A DNA stretch of 34,622 nt from Octopus bimaculoides (lineage: Eukaryota), in the NCBI RefSeq assembly GCF_001194135.2, contig NC_068981.1, positions 185,452,382-185,487,003 of the forward strand. Direction: 5' to 3'. The notes under the pieces are model-generated. The model was not told where the DNA came from and did no database searches. It saw nothing but the letters and a program-made list of their open reading frames with translations. Positions 11,613 through 22,183 of the stretch are shown here, piece by piece; the first letter of the stretch is position 1; each line of letters begins with the position of its first letter. The translations under genes and the position numbers were made by a program.

Positions 11613-11799
11613 TGTATGTATGTATGTGTTGTGTGGTCGTCGTCTTATATTTTATACACTAGAATGACCTGTCATTTATTGATCATATTACAGTGAACTG
11701 TTATGATACGCCAAAATTTACAACCTCTATAATCTAAATTATATTTATGTACGTCGTCTTTTTCCTGACTTTCTTTTTGCGTGTGTAAATGCCATATGC

Positions 11800-12010
11800 A
11801 TATTACACACATATATACAAAGACATATACACACACAAAACCAAACACATGTACAAGCGTATCATGCACTGAAATGCGCACACTTATAGGGTGTGTGTGT
11901 GTGTATTTGTGTGAACGGAAAATATATCAATTGTATGCAATATGTAACACAAATATGGCTAGTTTAATATATAACATCGTTTTGTTTCCAACTGTCTCTT
12001 CGTTATATAT
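11800..12010. repeat. Left arm of a diverged inverted repeat (right arm 12690-12960)
   Basis: GTGAACGGAAAATATATCAATTGTA..TAACATCGTTTTGTTTCCAACTGTCTCTTCGTTATATA vs the reverse complement of 12690-12810; ACACACACAAAACCAAACACATG is also in both arms. Confidence 0.85.
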
Positions 12011-12499
12011 ATATATATATATATATATATATNNNNNNNNNNNNNNNNNNNNNNNNNNNNNNNNNNNNNNNNNNNNNNNNNNNNNNNNNNNNNNNNNNNN
12101 NNNNNNNNNNNNNNNNNNNNNNNNNNNNNNNNNNNNNNNNNNNNNNNNNNNNNNNNNNNNNNNNNNNNNNNNNNNNNNNNNNNNNNNNNNNNNNNNNNNN
12201 NNNNNNNNNNNNNNNNNNNNNNNNNNNNNNNNNNNNNNNNNNNNNNNNNNNNNNNNNNNNNNNNNNNNNNNNNNNNNNNNNNNNNNNNNNNNNNNNNNNN
12301 NNNNNNNNNNNNNNNNNNNNNNNNNNNNNNNNNNNNNNNNNNNNNNNNNNNNNNNNNNNNNNNNNNNNNNNNNNNNNNNNNNNNNNNNNNNNNNNNNNNN
12401 NNNNNNNNNNNNNNNNNNNNNNNNNNNNNNNNNNNNNNNNNNNNNNNNNNNNNNNNNNNNNNNNNNNNNNNNNNNNNNNNNTATATATATATATATATA

Positions 12500-12680
12500 T
12501 ATGACGATATACTTTATTGAAAAACAGCAGAAATATCACAAAAACTGTTACTAAGAGTTTCACGCTTCCGTTCGTCTGACAGTTTTGTTCTGCTGTTTTC
12601 CATGAATCACATACTACTCTACCTCTGATATTCGAGTACTATTTTTCTCCATCTTGTTTCACATTTATGTGCTTACTCAA
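12500..12680 (-). mobile_element. Penelope-like pLTR remnant with hammerhead
   Basis: Homology to 9102-9345; hammerhead fold; AATAAA downstream of the ribozyme on the minus strand (12513-12518); abuts (TA)n. Confidence 0.6.
12541..12588 (-). ncRNA. Minimal type I hammerhead ribozyme with U4A variant
   Basis: Minus strand: AAAACUGU-CAGACGA-ACG GAAG CGU-GAAA-C UCUUA G-UA-ACAGUUUU. Perfect 8-bp helix I, 3-bp helix II, GUA site; further 12-bp pairing of 12521-12532 with 12588-12599. Confidence 0.72.
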
Positions 12681-13821
12681 GAATATATAACGATATGTAT
12701 ATATAACGAAGAAACAGTTGATAACAAAACGATGTTACTTATTAAAGTGGCCAGATTCATGTTGCTTATATTAGTACAATTGATATCTTTTCCGTTCGCA
12801 CAAGCACACACACACACACACACACACACGTATATGTGCGCGCGTTTTATTGCATAAATAGAGAAATAGATAGATATACCAGTGTGCATCTATATGATAC
12901 GTGTCTGCATGTGTTTGGTTTTGTGTGTGTCTGTGTCTGTGTACATGTGTGTGTGTATATATATACATATGTGTGTGTTTGTATATATCTATATATCTAT
13001 ATATATATATATATATATGCGCACATCATTTAATATACAAAATATTTAAATCGAGATATTATTAACCTCATGCTGTGAAAACACGATGGTCGGACAAGCT
13101 TGTATAGCACGCCATGTCTTTCCAAAAATTTAAGAGACTCAAATATACGGTATCGTTGGTCCTTGAGAGAACAAAAGCAAAAAAAAAAGAACAGAGTCAT
13201 GAAAAGAACGGGAAGGAGTCGAATGAAAAAAGTGGAAAGAGACAAAAAGAGCAAAAAATTAAGGGAGCATCCCTTTGGCCCCTTGGAAAATTAAGCGTGC
13301 ATCATAATTGATATAGTTAATATATATTAACCTAGAATTAATATCGTATATGATGTAAATTAATTAAACGGAAAGTCAAAGTTTATACATTAATATATAA
13401 AAACATACAAGAATATATGCTCTCTTACAAACATACATACATGCTGCTATCATTCGAGTGTTGACTTTAAGAACAAATAATGAGCGAGCTCTCTGCTAAA
13501 GACGATGACATCAATATTTTTATTGCAATATTTCGTTTATATTTCTAACGTTCGCATAAGTACAGGATTTCTGTACAAATACAGAATTATAAACAACATA
13601 TCAGAATATCACATTGACAACGGTACTTGACTGTTACTTGACTGTTATAGCACGACATGAAAACAATTTTACATTAAACTAAATGATTACTTAATACCCT
13701 TTGCAGATATTTAATATTCTTTTAAGATAATAGTATTGAGTGTGACTTCGAAGTCGTGGCCTAGGCTTAGCTGGCCGAAACTTCGAAGTCAATGTCAACC
13801 ACTATACTTGTAACCGATTTT

Positions 13822-13874
<53 letters not shown>

Positions 13875-15353
13875 TGTACATTTAAACACATAAGAGGTAT
13901 CCATCATAGAATTCCCTCACACTAGAAAGAACATCTAAGTTCAAAACCACTNNNNNNNNNNNNNNNNNNNNNNNNNNNNNNNNNNNNNNNNNNNNNNNNN
14001 NNNNNNNNNNNNNNNNNNNNNNNNNNNNNNNNNNNNNNNNNNNNNNNNNNNNNNNNNNNNNNNNNNNNNNNNNNNNNNNNNNNNNNNNNNNNNNNNNNNN
14101 NNNNNNNNNNNNNNNNNNNNNNNNNNNNNNNNNNNNNNNNNNNNNNNNNNNNNNNNNNNNNNNNNNNNNNNNNNNNNNNNNNNNNNNNNNNNNNNNNNNN
14201 NNNNNNNNNNNNNNNNNNNNNNNNNNNNNNNNNNNNNNNNNNNNNNNNNNNNNNNNNNNNNNNNNNNNNNNNNNNNNNNNNNNNNNNNNNNNNNNNNNNN
14301 NNNNNNNNNNNNNNNNNNNNNNNNNNNNNNNNNNNNNNNNNNNNNNNNNNNNNNNNNNNNNNNNNNNNNNNNNNNNNNNNNNNNNNNNNNNNNNNNNNNN
14401 NNNNNNNNNNNNNNNNNNNNNNNNNNNNNNNNNNNNNTATATATATATATGTATATACATATACATACATATGTATACGCATAGATAATTATAAGTGTGA
14501 GTGTGCGTGTTTGTGTGAGTGTTTTTGTGTGTGTATACGAAAAATCTTGAAATGCATTAAACTTATATTCATCCAATCAATATCAATATTATAGAGCATT
14601 ATCTATGCAACAACTGTCACATCAAACATTAATCATAATAATATACATAGCATTGGATTAACAACAAATCAATTTCTAATAGATTCTATCAACATAAGTA
14701 TAATACCAAAATATTTTGATACTGGCCTAGCGATACATAAGTGATGTTTGAACACTTTTTGGCATTACTATGTCAGCTCTTTCAGACGAAAATACTACAT
14801 TATTACACAATCTAGCCCATTCAGTTGATATTATGCTATTGATAAACTCGTAAATCTTGAATATAGTACTAAAATATTAAGTATGTTTCACCAACTGATA
14901 TCTTCGCGCTCACATATGCGGAAATAACTTGCGTTTCTCACCAATTGTATGTTGAAATTTCGATGGAAGGAGACATCTTTGTTTCTTTTCAAAACTATTT
15001 AACTCCTTAGTGTAACACTTTTGTGACGTTCTCTTAACAATAATTCTTCTAAAGCCGTCAGAATAATGGATCTTTGTATAGGGACTGGATTTTCTCCCTA
15101 TGTATATCTCTTTTCATGAAATAACACCACAAGGTTTTATGAATTCGATTATATGTTAGCACTAGTTATTTTGCTTCACACACACACAACTTGAAACATG
15201 CACACACGTACATGCTGCATATATTCATATAATTCCAATGGACATCGACTATCTTTATCACCCATTGATAACGCCCTTATACTCAAACGTCCCTGTGTGT
15301 GCGTGCGTGCGTGTGCTGCAATATAAACTATCCTGATTTTATCTCTATGTTCG

Positions 15354-15551
15354 GTAGGTTCACGGTCATCGTTTCACCGCTGGGTAAGTTCAACGTAAAA
15401 CAGGTTCACTGCGAGGGAAGTTAACCGGAAGGAAAGTTAACCGGAAGGAAAGTTTATGGAGAGATAACTTCATAGTAATATGAAAATATAAAGAAAAAAA
15501 CATTATTTTCGAAGTAGAAAGTTCACGGTGAATTGATGGCGGTGAACTTAC
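15354..15551. mobile_element. MITE-like non-autonomous DNA transposon remnant
   Basis: 26-bp inverted repeats 15354-15379 and 15526-15551 (21/26 match); internal AAGTTCACCG-like subrepeats and a 15-bp tandem AAGTTAACCGGAAGG x2. Confidence 0.55.
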
Positions 15552-16789
15552 TTGTAATCGTTCATGGCAATGTGACGGTCATTATCAATAAAACAGGCAT
15601 GGCTGTGCGGTTCGGAATTTAAGCTTACAAACAAGAGGGCCCAGTATCAAAACCGACGCGCTATTGTTTACAAAATGTATAAAATATATTATGATAAACA
15701 CCTGATGCAGTTAACATCATTTTGAAGTATTATTCATGAGTGCTCCTACATTGTTCTGTATATCGTAGCAAAGTACAATACTAAGTGCAATACGAAGCCA
15801 TACAACTCTACGCGAGTATAATAGATGATGCTACTCTACATGGAACTCCAAACTCAACAGTAGCAGTCGTGTATCTAACTCTATACACAAGATATATAAA
15901 AATATATTAGTAAAGTAAAATTTACTAGTGTTTGTTGCCACATCCCTAAACAGACATTTTAGTTGGCGACTCCTCTCTTTGAAATTGTAATCCTAATTTA
16001 CTTTGTTGTATTTTTACGCGTTGGATATTAAGCTTGATTGCACGGTTAGTCTGTTTGCTTTCGTGATTCATACAACTGTTTGCTTCGAGTACTTTCACTA
16101 GAACAACACAATTGCTGAAAGATGAAAGTAGTCTCTTCCTTATTGAGATTTGAACTCGAGACAAAGGGAGTTAGAAACTATTGTCTCCGACACATTTTAT
16201 CTGATACTTAATACCTTTCACTTCTTGTATATTATAGACATTTTATTTTATAACAATTTCTGTCCTACTGATAAACATGTTGAAAAAAATATGGTTTAGA
16301 TAGACAACAATTAATGATGGCGATAAAGATAAATGAACTTGCTGTGATAATTATCCTTCTGAAAATCTACCATATGTATCTCTGATTATTATTATTATTA
16401 TTTTTTGTTTTGGTTATATGTGGTAGCGATATTTGTAATTATTAAAAATGTTCTTTCAATTAAGTGAATAGTTATAATTAGCTAATATTTACGTGACCAT
16501 AATTTATAACTAAAATTCCTTATGGCTCTAGTTGTTTAAGTACCTGGCAATTAATTAAAAGGTCAAATATTAATATCGTGTAAATGGTAATAAAACGCTT
16601 AAAATGTAATTAACAGAACATGTAAAGAAGGGCCATGGGGAGATAAGCTATCATTCTACAGTAGATTACAGTGCTAATACAAATCTAATATGTTAAATCA
16701 ATGCCTAATACGGGTTTTGTATAATCTTGAATCTTGAATATAGTGTCGAATTACTTACTGTCTAAGGCTAGGGTTTCCCACCCTCAGAT

Positions 16790-16887
16790 AGACAGGCAGA
16801 TAGATAGATGGAGAGAGAGAGAGGGGGATAGAGAGAGAGAGAGAGAGAGGGAGAGAGANNNNNNNNNNAGATAGATGGAGAGAGAGA

Positions 16888-16922
<35 letters not shown>
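16790..16922. repeat. (GA)n/(GATA)n tract, apparently duplicated across a 10-N gap
   Basis: AGATAGATGGAGAGAGAG occurs on both sides of the gap at 16859-16868. Confidence 0.85.
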
Positions 16923-16925
<3 letters not shown>

Positions 16926-17380
16926 AGCATCAGATTGTTCAAGTTCATCTCTTTCTTGGGAAAGCGTTTCAACTAGAAATCGAAACTGTAACTAAATGAT
17001 CATCAGTCCGGAATGTTATCGCTAGACTGTGGAGTTCTCAAAAGTTTTGTAAACAAGAGGGTTAGTAGATTAGATTTTAGTCACTTAAATCCGTGAAAGT
17101 TATAAACTTCAGAGCATTTACAATAATGTGATAAACCACAGAACAATTAAGGAGAATCGTTCTCGAGGTCACGTGTCATATACAAATGTTTGTTTAACGA
17201 GACGGCTTGAAATTAAATTCAATCATGAATATCGATCCAATTACTCAAGCACATCCATGGCTGATCAATAACCACAAAAATTAACCAACTTAATGATATG
17301 TATATTGAATCAGGAAACTTGAATATTAAATGCTACAATTATGAAATGTAACAAGGGAAATCTTGAATTATTTTTTATCA

Positions 17381-17682
17381 AGGAGCAGGCATGGCTGTGT
17401 GGTAAGATGTTTGCCTCCCAGCCACACGGTTTCGGGTTCAAGTATCTTCTAGTATAGCCTCAGACACACTAATACCTCGTGAATAGATCTGTTCGACGGA
17501 AACCAAAAGAAGCCGGTCGTATAGGCATGCTTGGTGTTGCTTTGCTTACGTTTCCGTTACCTAGCTGTTCAGCAAAAGAGATCGATAAATAAGCATCGGG
17601 GCGATTTATTCGGCTAAAAGACTTCAACGCTGTACCGTAGCTTGGCCGCAGTTCAGTGAATGAAACTAGTAAAAGATAAAAG
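17381..17682 (+). mobile_element. SINE family A, diverged, with internal deletions
   Basis: Head GCAGGCATGGCTGTGTGGTAAG..GGGTTCA joined directly to AGTATCTTCTAG (CORE-like segment lost); tail TTGGCCGCAGTTCAGTGAATGAAACTAGTAAAAG. Confidence 0.75.
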
Positions 17683-17819
17683 CTGTTATTTATTCCATCA
17701 CCATTTCTTACAGATTAGAACTACAATCGAAAGATTTCCATCCTAGACCATGCTGTTTTAATTTCAGTCGTGCATTCATTGCAAAATCATTTAGCGCATC
17801 TTCGTTTAAATAGATGTTA

Positions 17820-17880
17820 GGTAATGACTGGAGAGAAATTTGGCTGCTATTTCCAGCAGGTCAAATGATGACATGTAGAC
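17820..17880 (+). mobile_element. Short dispersed repeat fragment (second copy ~10230-10285)
   Basis: GGCTGCTATTTCCAGCA (17842-58) vs GGCTGCTATTTCTAGCA (10235-51). Confidence 0.35.
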
Positions 17881-18057
17881 TTCTTCGGTGGATTTTACAA
17901 AGTTGTGTTCTTTTTTTTAACCTGTTGCGAGTAATTTAACAGTGCATCATGTTAGAGACTGTGTTTCGATTCCTCTAAGAACCATTTCTCCCATTCCTAA
18001 CATACGTAGCATTCCACATTTTATGTTACTTGAAGTTTATCTATGAATACACATGGA

Positions 18058-18220
18058 TTTCAAATTTTAGCACAGGGCCAGCAATTTCAAGGGCGGGGCT
18101 AAGTCGCCTATATCGACCCCAGAACTCAACTGATACTCATTTTATCGAAGCCGAATTCGACCTCAGCAGAATTTGAACTCAGAACATAAAGACGGACAAA
18201 ATGCTGCTAAGAATTTTTAT
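18058..18220 (-). mobile_element. SINE family B, partial
   Basis: Minus strand TCTGAGTTCAAATTCTGCTGAGGTCGA..GGGGTCGATATAGGCGACT..TGCTGGCCCTGTGCTAAAATTTG. Confidence 0.75.
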
Positions 18221-18250
18221 TTCCACCTCCCAGCCTTGTTAATGAATATG

Positions 18251-18660
18251 CAGGGTGTTCAAAACGTCTCTCAGCAGTAAGTATTTTATTGCAAAATGAA
18301 TATTTATAAGTTGGTATAAGACTATAAAAGAATATATTAGACTTTATAAGACGTTAAAAAACTTTATAAAATGTATTGAAAGTGTCGTACTTCATTTTCA
18401 ATACGTAAGTTGACTCTTCTACACACGTTTTGAAACACGACTTGGAGAGTCTGACGCGGTATGGACCGTGTAAAGGTTATGATTGTGTCTTTTAGCTCAT
18501 TAATGGTTCTTTGGGCGATTCTTGTACACTGATCCTTTACTTGCTACCCAGAAAAAGTGTCTGACAGTGTTAAATCAGGTGATCTTGGTGACCTTCGAAA
18601 TAATCCGTTCACCGAAAAATTCACTGCGGAGAGACTTTTTCAACACACTGTATATCGATT
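18251..18660 (-). mobile_element. Tc1/mariner-superfamily transposon remnant: 3' TIR and transposase C-terminus (frameshifted)
   Basis: Minus-strand translation FFGERIISK..PRSPDLT..(frameshifts)..RTINELKDTIITFTRSIPRQTLQVVFQNVCRRVNLRIENEVRHFQYIL* (stop 18364-18366) fits the mariner-like WPPRSPDL..ELK..I..RR..C..G.HF..L ending. Terminus CAGGGTGTTCAAAA at 18251. Confidence 0.82.
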
Positions 18661-18833
18661 TTTCAATGTTGGTACAGGGCCAGAAAATTTTGGAGAGTTG
18701 ACTTCAGTCGATTATATCGACGTCAGTGATCAATCTCTTTATGCTATCGATTCTGAAAGAATGAAAGGTATTTGACGAAATGCCACTAATTGTTTTGCCC
18801 GTCATGATAACGATTCTACCAAATCGCTGCCTT
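18661..18833 (-). mobile_element. SINE family B, internally deleted
   Basis: Head AAGGCAGCGATTTGGTAGAATCGTTATC; B-box segment missing; tail TTCTGGCCCTGTACCAACATTGAAA. Confidence 0.7.
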
Positions 18834-18850
18834 ATTGGTGAGAACATATT

Positions 18851-19020
18851 CTTTTCTACTCTAGGCACAAGGTCCAAAAATTTTGAGGAGGGGGCCAGTC
18901 GATTCAATCGACCCCAGTACGCAACTGATACTTAATTTATCGACCCCAAAAGGATAGAAGACGAAATGCCGCTAAGCATTTCGCCCGGCGTACTAACTTT
19001 TCTGCCAGCTCGCTCCCTTT
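18851..19020 (-). mobile_element. SINE family B, internally deleted, with 16-bp target-site duplication
   Basis: Head AGGGAGCGAGCTGGCAGAAAAGTTAGTACGCCGGGCGAAATGCTTAGCGG; flanks TTGGTGAGAACATATT (18835-50) and TTGGTGAGAACTTATT (19021-36). Confidence 0.85.
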
Positions 19021-19103
19021 TTGGTGAGAACTTATTACGATAACAAAGTACTAATATTATTTTAAATTCTCATCAAGGAATGAAATCATAGTGTAGTTAT
19101 ATT

Positions 19104-19314
19104 GGTTTCAAATTTTGACACAAGGCCAGCAATTTGGGGTCGGGGTTAAGTTGATTACATCAACCCAGTGCTCAACAGATAATTATTTTATCGACCACGA
19201 AAATATAAAATGAAAATTCGACCTCCGTCGAATTTGAACTCAGAACGGGAAGAGAGACGAACTGTGGTTAAAATTTTTGCCACCGTGCTAACGATTCTGC
19301 CAGCTCGCTGCCTT
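19104..19314 (-). mobile_element. SINE family B, full length
   Basis: AAGGCAGCGAGCTGGCAGAATCGTTAGCACGG..TCTGAGTTCAAATTCGAC..TTGCTGGCCTTGTGTCAAAATTTGAAACC. Confidence 0.85.
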
Positions 19315-19924
19315 TGATAGGTTAGTTATATTAGTATTATTTCCGTAAACGCTGTTTATATCTCATTATTTAATCTCTCGGATTGAGACAATTGTGTAAG
19401 TGTTTGGAGGTTGGCGATATGTAAGACTGACTGGAGATTTAGCCTGTTTTGGCAACAATAATTTACACACATAAACACACACACACACACACACATACAC
19501 AAATATACGCACAGAGGAAGGAGGGTGAATGAAAGAAACATTAAAACGACTAACGTCAAATAAGTCAGCGTCGAATCAGTGAAAATAGGGAGGTGGCACC
19601 AAGCTACTATGTCAAACCGACCCATACCCTTATTCTCTATACTCTGTGTTCAAATTCAACATCAGCTTTACTTTTCATAAATTCGAGGTTAATATAACAA
19701 ACACCAGTAATCTGCACCATTTGATCCCATTTATTGACGGATTACTGCCTGCAGAACCTTGAAGCATTTCACCCCTATTGGTTTTGGCAGTGGTGGTAGT
19801 TGTAGTAGTGGTGGTAGTTGTCTACTGATTGAACTGAGGGAGTTTATATTTCCATTGTTATTTCACATTGCTGATACTACCTGTGAGCTGCTACTCCTGC
19901 CCAACCTAAAGGAGGTACTCCAGT

Positions 19925-20156
19925 CCTGGGTCTCAAAGGGCCGGTTACCTGGTTTCCAAGCTGTATAAATGACCAAGATCACAATAAACCAACCCGAAAG
20001 GGACGCAAATCCATCACAATGCAGCTCCTTTGCAACAGATTATGTGAAATAAAAAGTTTTGGTCAAGAACACAACGCTCATACCAGTGAGGGAATCGAAA
20101 CCATGATCTTGCGATAATCAGTGTAACAGTCTAACCACCAGGCTGCATGCCTTCAC
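19925..20156 (-). mobile_element. SINE family C (tRNA-derived head), diverged
   Basis: Minus strand GTGAAGGCATGCAGCCTGGTGGTTAG (A box) ..TGGTTTCGATTCCC (B box) ..GTTGTGTTCTTGACCAAAAC. The 3' boundary is uncertain. Confidence 0.65.
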
Positions 20157-20269
20157 ATATTTCTGACATAAATGTCACCATTTTTCAGTCTCAGAGCAGA
20201 ACATCATTTCAGAATGTGAGGAGCTGAAATAGACACTGCAAGACATCGAGTACAACGCTCAAATCATTT

Positions 20270-20416
20270 CAGAAGTTCACTGCCCTTGACAGTTACTTAT
20301 TTTGTCGACCTGGAAAGATGTATAGCAATGTTGACTGCTACGCGATTTGAACACATGCCGCAGAGTACTAGAACAAGTACCACAAATATTCTGTCCAACG
20401 CTCTAAAGATTCAGCC
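20270..20416 (-). mobile_element. Degenerate SINE B-like copy
   Basis: GGCTGAATCTTTAGAGCGTTGGACAGAAT..GTGTTCAAATCGCG..CTTTCCAGGTCGACAAAATAAGTAAC. Confidence 0.45.
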
Positions 20417-20434
20417 AATATTAGACAGCTAAGT

Positions 20435-20641
20435 AAGGCAGGGAGCTAGCTGAGTCGTTGGCAGCCGGGCGAAATGCTTAGCAGCATTTCGTCCGGTATT
20501 TACGTTCTGAGTTTAAAACCAGCCGAGGTCGAGTTTGCCTTTCACCCTTTCGGGAAAAAATAAGTACCAGTTGAGCACTAGGATCGATGTAATAGACCAA
20601 CCCCCTCTCGAAATTGTGGCCTCGTGCCAAAATTTGAAACC
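20435..20641 (+). mobile_element. SINE family B, full length
   Basis: AAGGCAGGGAGCTAGC..CCGGGCGAAATGCTTAGC..TCTGAGTTTAAAACC..GTGGCCTCGTGCCAAAATTTGAAACC. Confidence 0.85.
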
Positions 20642-20662
20642 AGTATTGGAAAGCTAAGAAAA

Positions 20663-21090
20663 TGTGGTGTAGCAGCAGAATCGGTAGCACGCCGGACAAA
20701 ATGATTAGCGGTAATCCGTCCGGTCTTTACGTTATCAGTTGAAATTCTTCCGAAGTCGACTTTACCCTTCATCCTTTCAGTGTGTATAAAGTACGCACAA
20801 GTGAATCACTTGGGGTTCAATTTAATTGACTATCCCTCTGTCCACAAATTTATAGTAGAAAGGCATTCAGAAAGTTAAGTAGTTATTGAATTGATAGGTT
20901 CAGTGCAACAACTTTAGATACAGTCTTGCAATATCTTGTTTCAAGTCTTTACTTTCTGAGTTCAAATCCACCTGAGGTCAATTTTGCATTTCTTTATCCC
21001 AGGACAAATAAATAAAATACCAGACAAGAACTGGGATTGATATAATCAACAAACTCTCTCCTCCAAATTTCAGTTCATTTCCTGAGTAAG
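20663..21090 (+). mobile_element. Two further diverged SINE B copies (20663-20860, ~20880-21090)
   Basis: GCAGAATCGGTAGCACGCCGGACAAAATGATTAGCGG.. and TTCTGAGTTCAAATCCACCTGAGGTCAATTTTGC.. Confidence 0.65.
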
Positions 21091-22148
21091 AAATCTCTCC
21101 AAGAAAGCTAACAGGGATATGAAGCTAACGGAAAACATTAAACTCTCAACCACATACTTAACATATTCAGTCGGAGTTTTACGGTCCTGGGATCGAAGCC
21201 TTTCATATCAGCTGCACCATTCATCGTTTGTGGTCGAGGCCGTTCACAGTAGTTCTTTACTAAAATTTGCACAAATTACTACAGAAGGATTTAGTAATGG
21301 CACTAATACTTTATGTACCAAATACATTTTGAAAATGTTTTTTTCCCATTTCTCGCTGTCGTTCTACTAGCAACCCTGACCAATAGGAAAATGTTTTCTC
21401 GAATACTATACACTCTGCCTGAAAGTGACTCGCACATACCAATACACAAATGCATTCAAATGCACACCAACACACAAAATAGCAACACATGCACGCATAT
21501 ATTTACACGCATGAAAAGCACATATACGCATATATAGACCCACACTCATATATATATACACAGACACACACGTAGTCGCACACTCACAGAAATACTTTAA
21601 AGTAGTTGTGCTAATTAGCCGCAATTCGGAATAGTTATCGTCTCTTGTCATGCTGTCCTCATCAACATAATAGTTTCTTTGCAAATTCATCGTGACTTTT
21701 GCAACTTAAAAATAAACAAGAAAAAAAAGACAAGCAAAAATGCATAACAGAGAATAAACAAAAAAAAACAAAACAAAAAAAATAGAGGAATGTATGTTAG
21801 TTCGATTTCTCTAACAATGATGAAACGCTAAGCCACAACAGTGTATAGCTTCAGGCTAAATAAATATCAACATGAATAGGTCGAACAGAAGAGACAGTAA
21901 CGTCTGGTACAATAAGAATGTGCGCGCAGCATGTTTTCCTAACCTTTTACTAACCACACAGAAGTCTATTATGCTTTTTCTTCGATTGCAGTTGTATTAA
22001 ATTTCTTCTTTTTTTTAATATTTATTTTCAGTGCAGTTTAATGTGTTAAATTCGAAACGTTTGTGTAACAAGTCTTTTTTTTTCATCTTTCAAAGACTAT
22101 ATTTTTGTGTTTTATAAATAGACTTTATTTTTTTTGTCGAAATCTCTC

Positions 22149-22183
<35 letters not shown>

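Noticed and set aside
16940-17015. Minus-strand CTGATGA..GAAAC
   Set aside because: Helices I and II do not pair and the cleavage triplet is wrong.
18557-18775. 72-aa plus-strand ORF that looks protein-like
   Set aside because: Antisense to the mariner fragment and runs into a SINE B copy.
19759-19968. 69-aa ORF with GSGGSCSSGGSC
   Set aside because: Low-complexity (GTA/GTG) start, 3' end overlaps SINE C, no recognisable domain or splice support.
20085-20156. A/B boxes as a tRNA gene
   Set aside because: No closable cloverleaf; continues into SINE body sequence.
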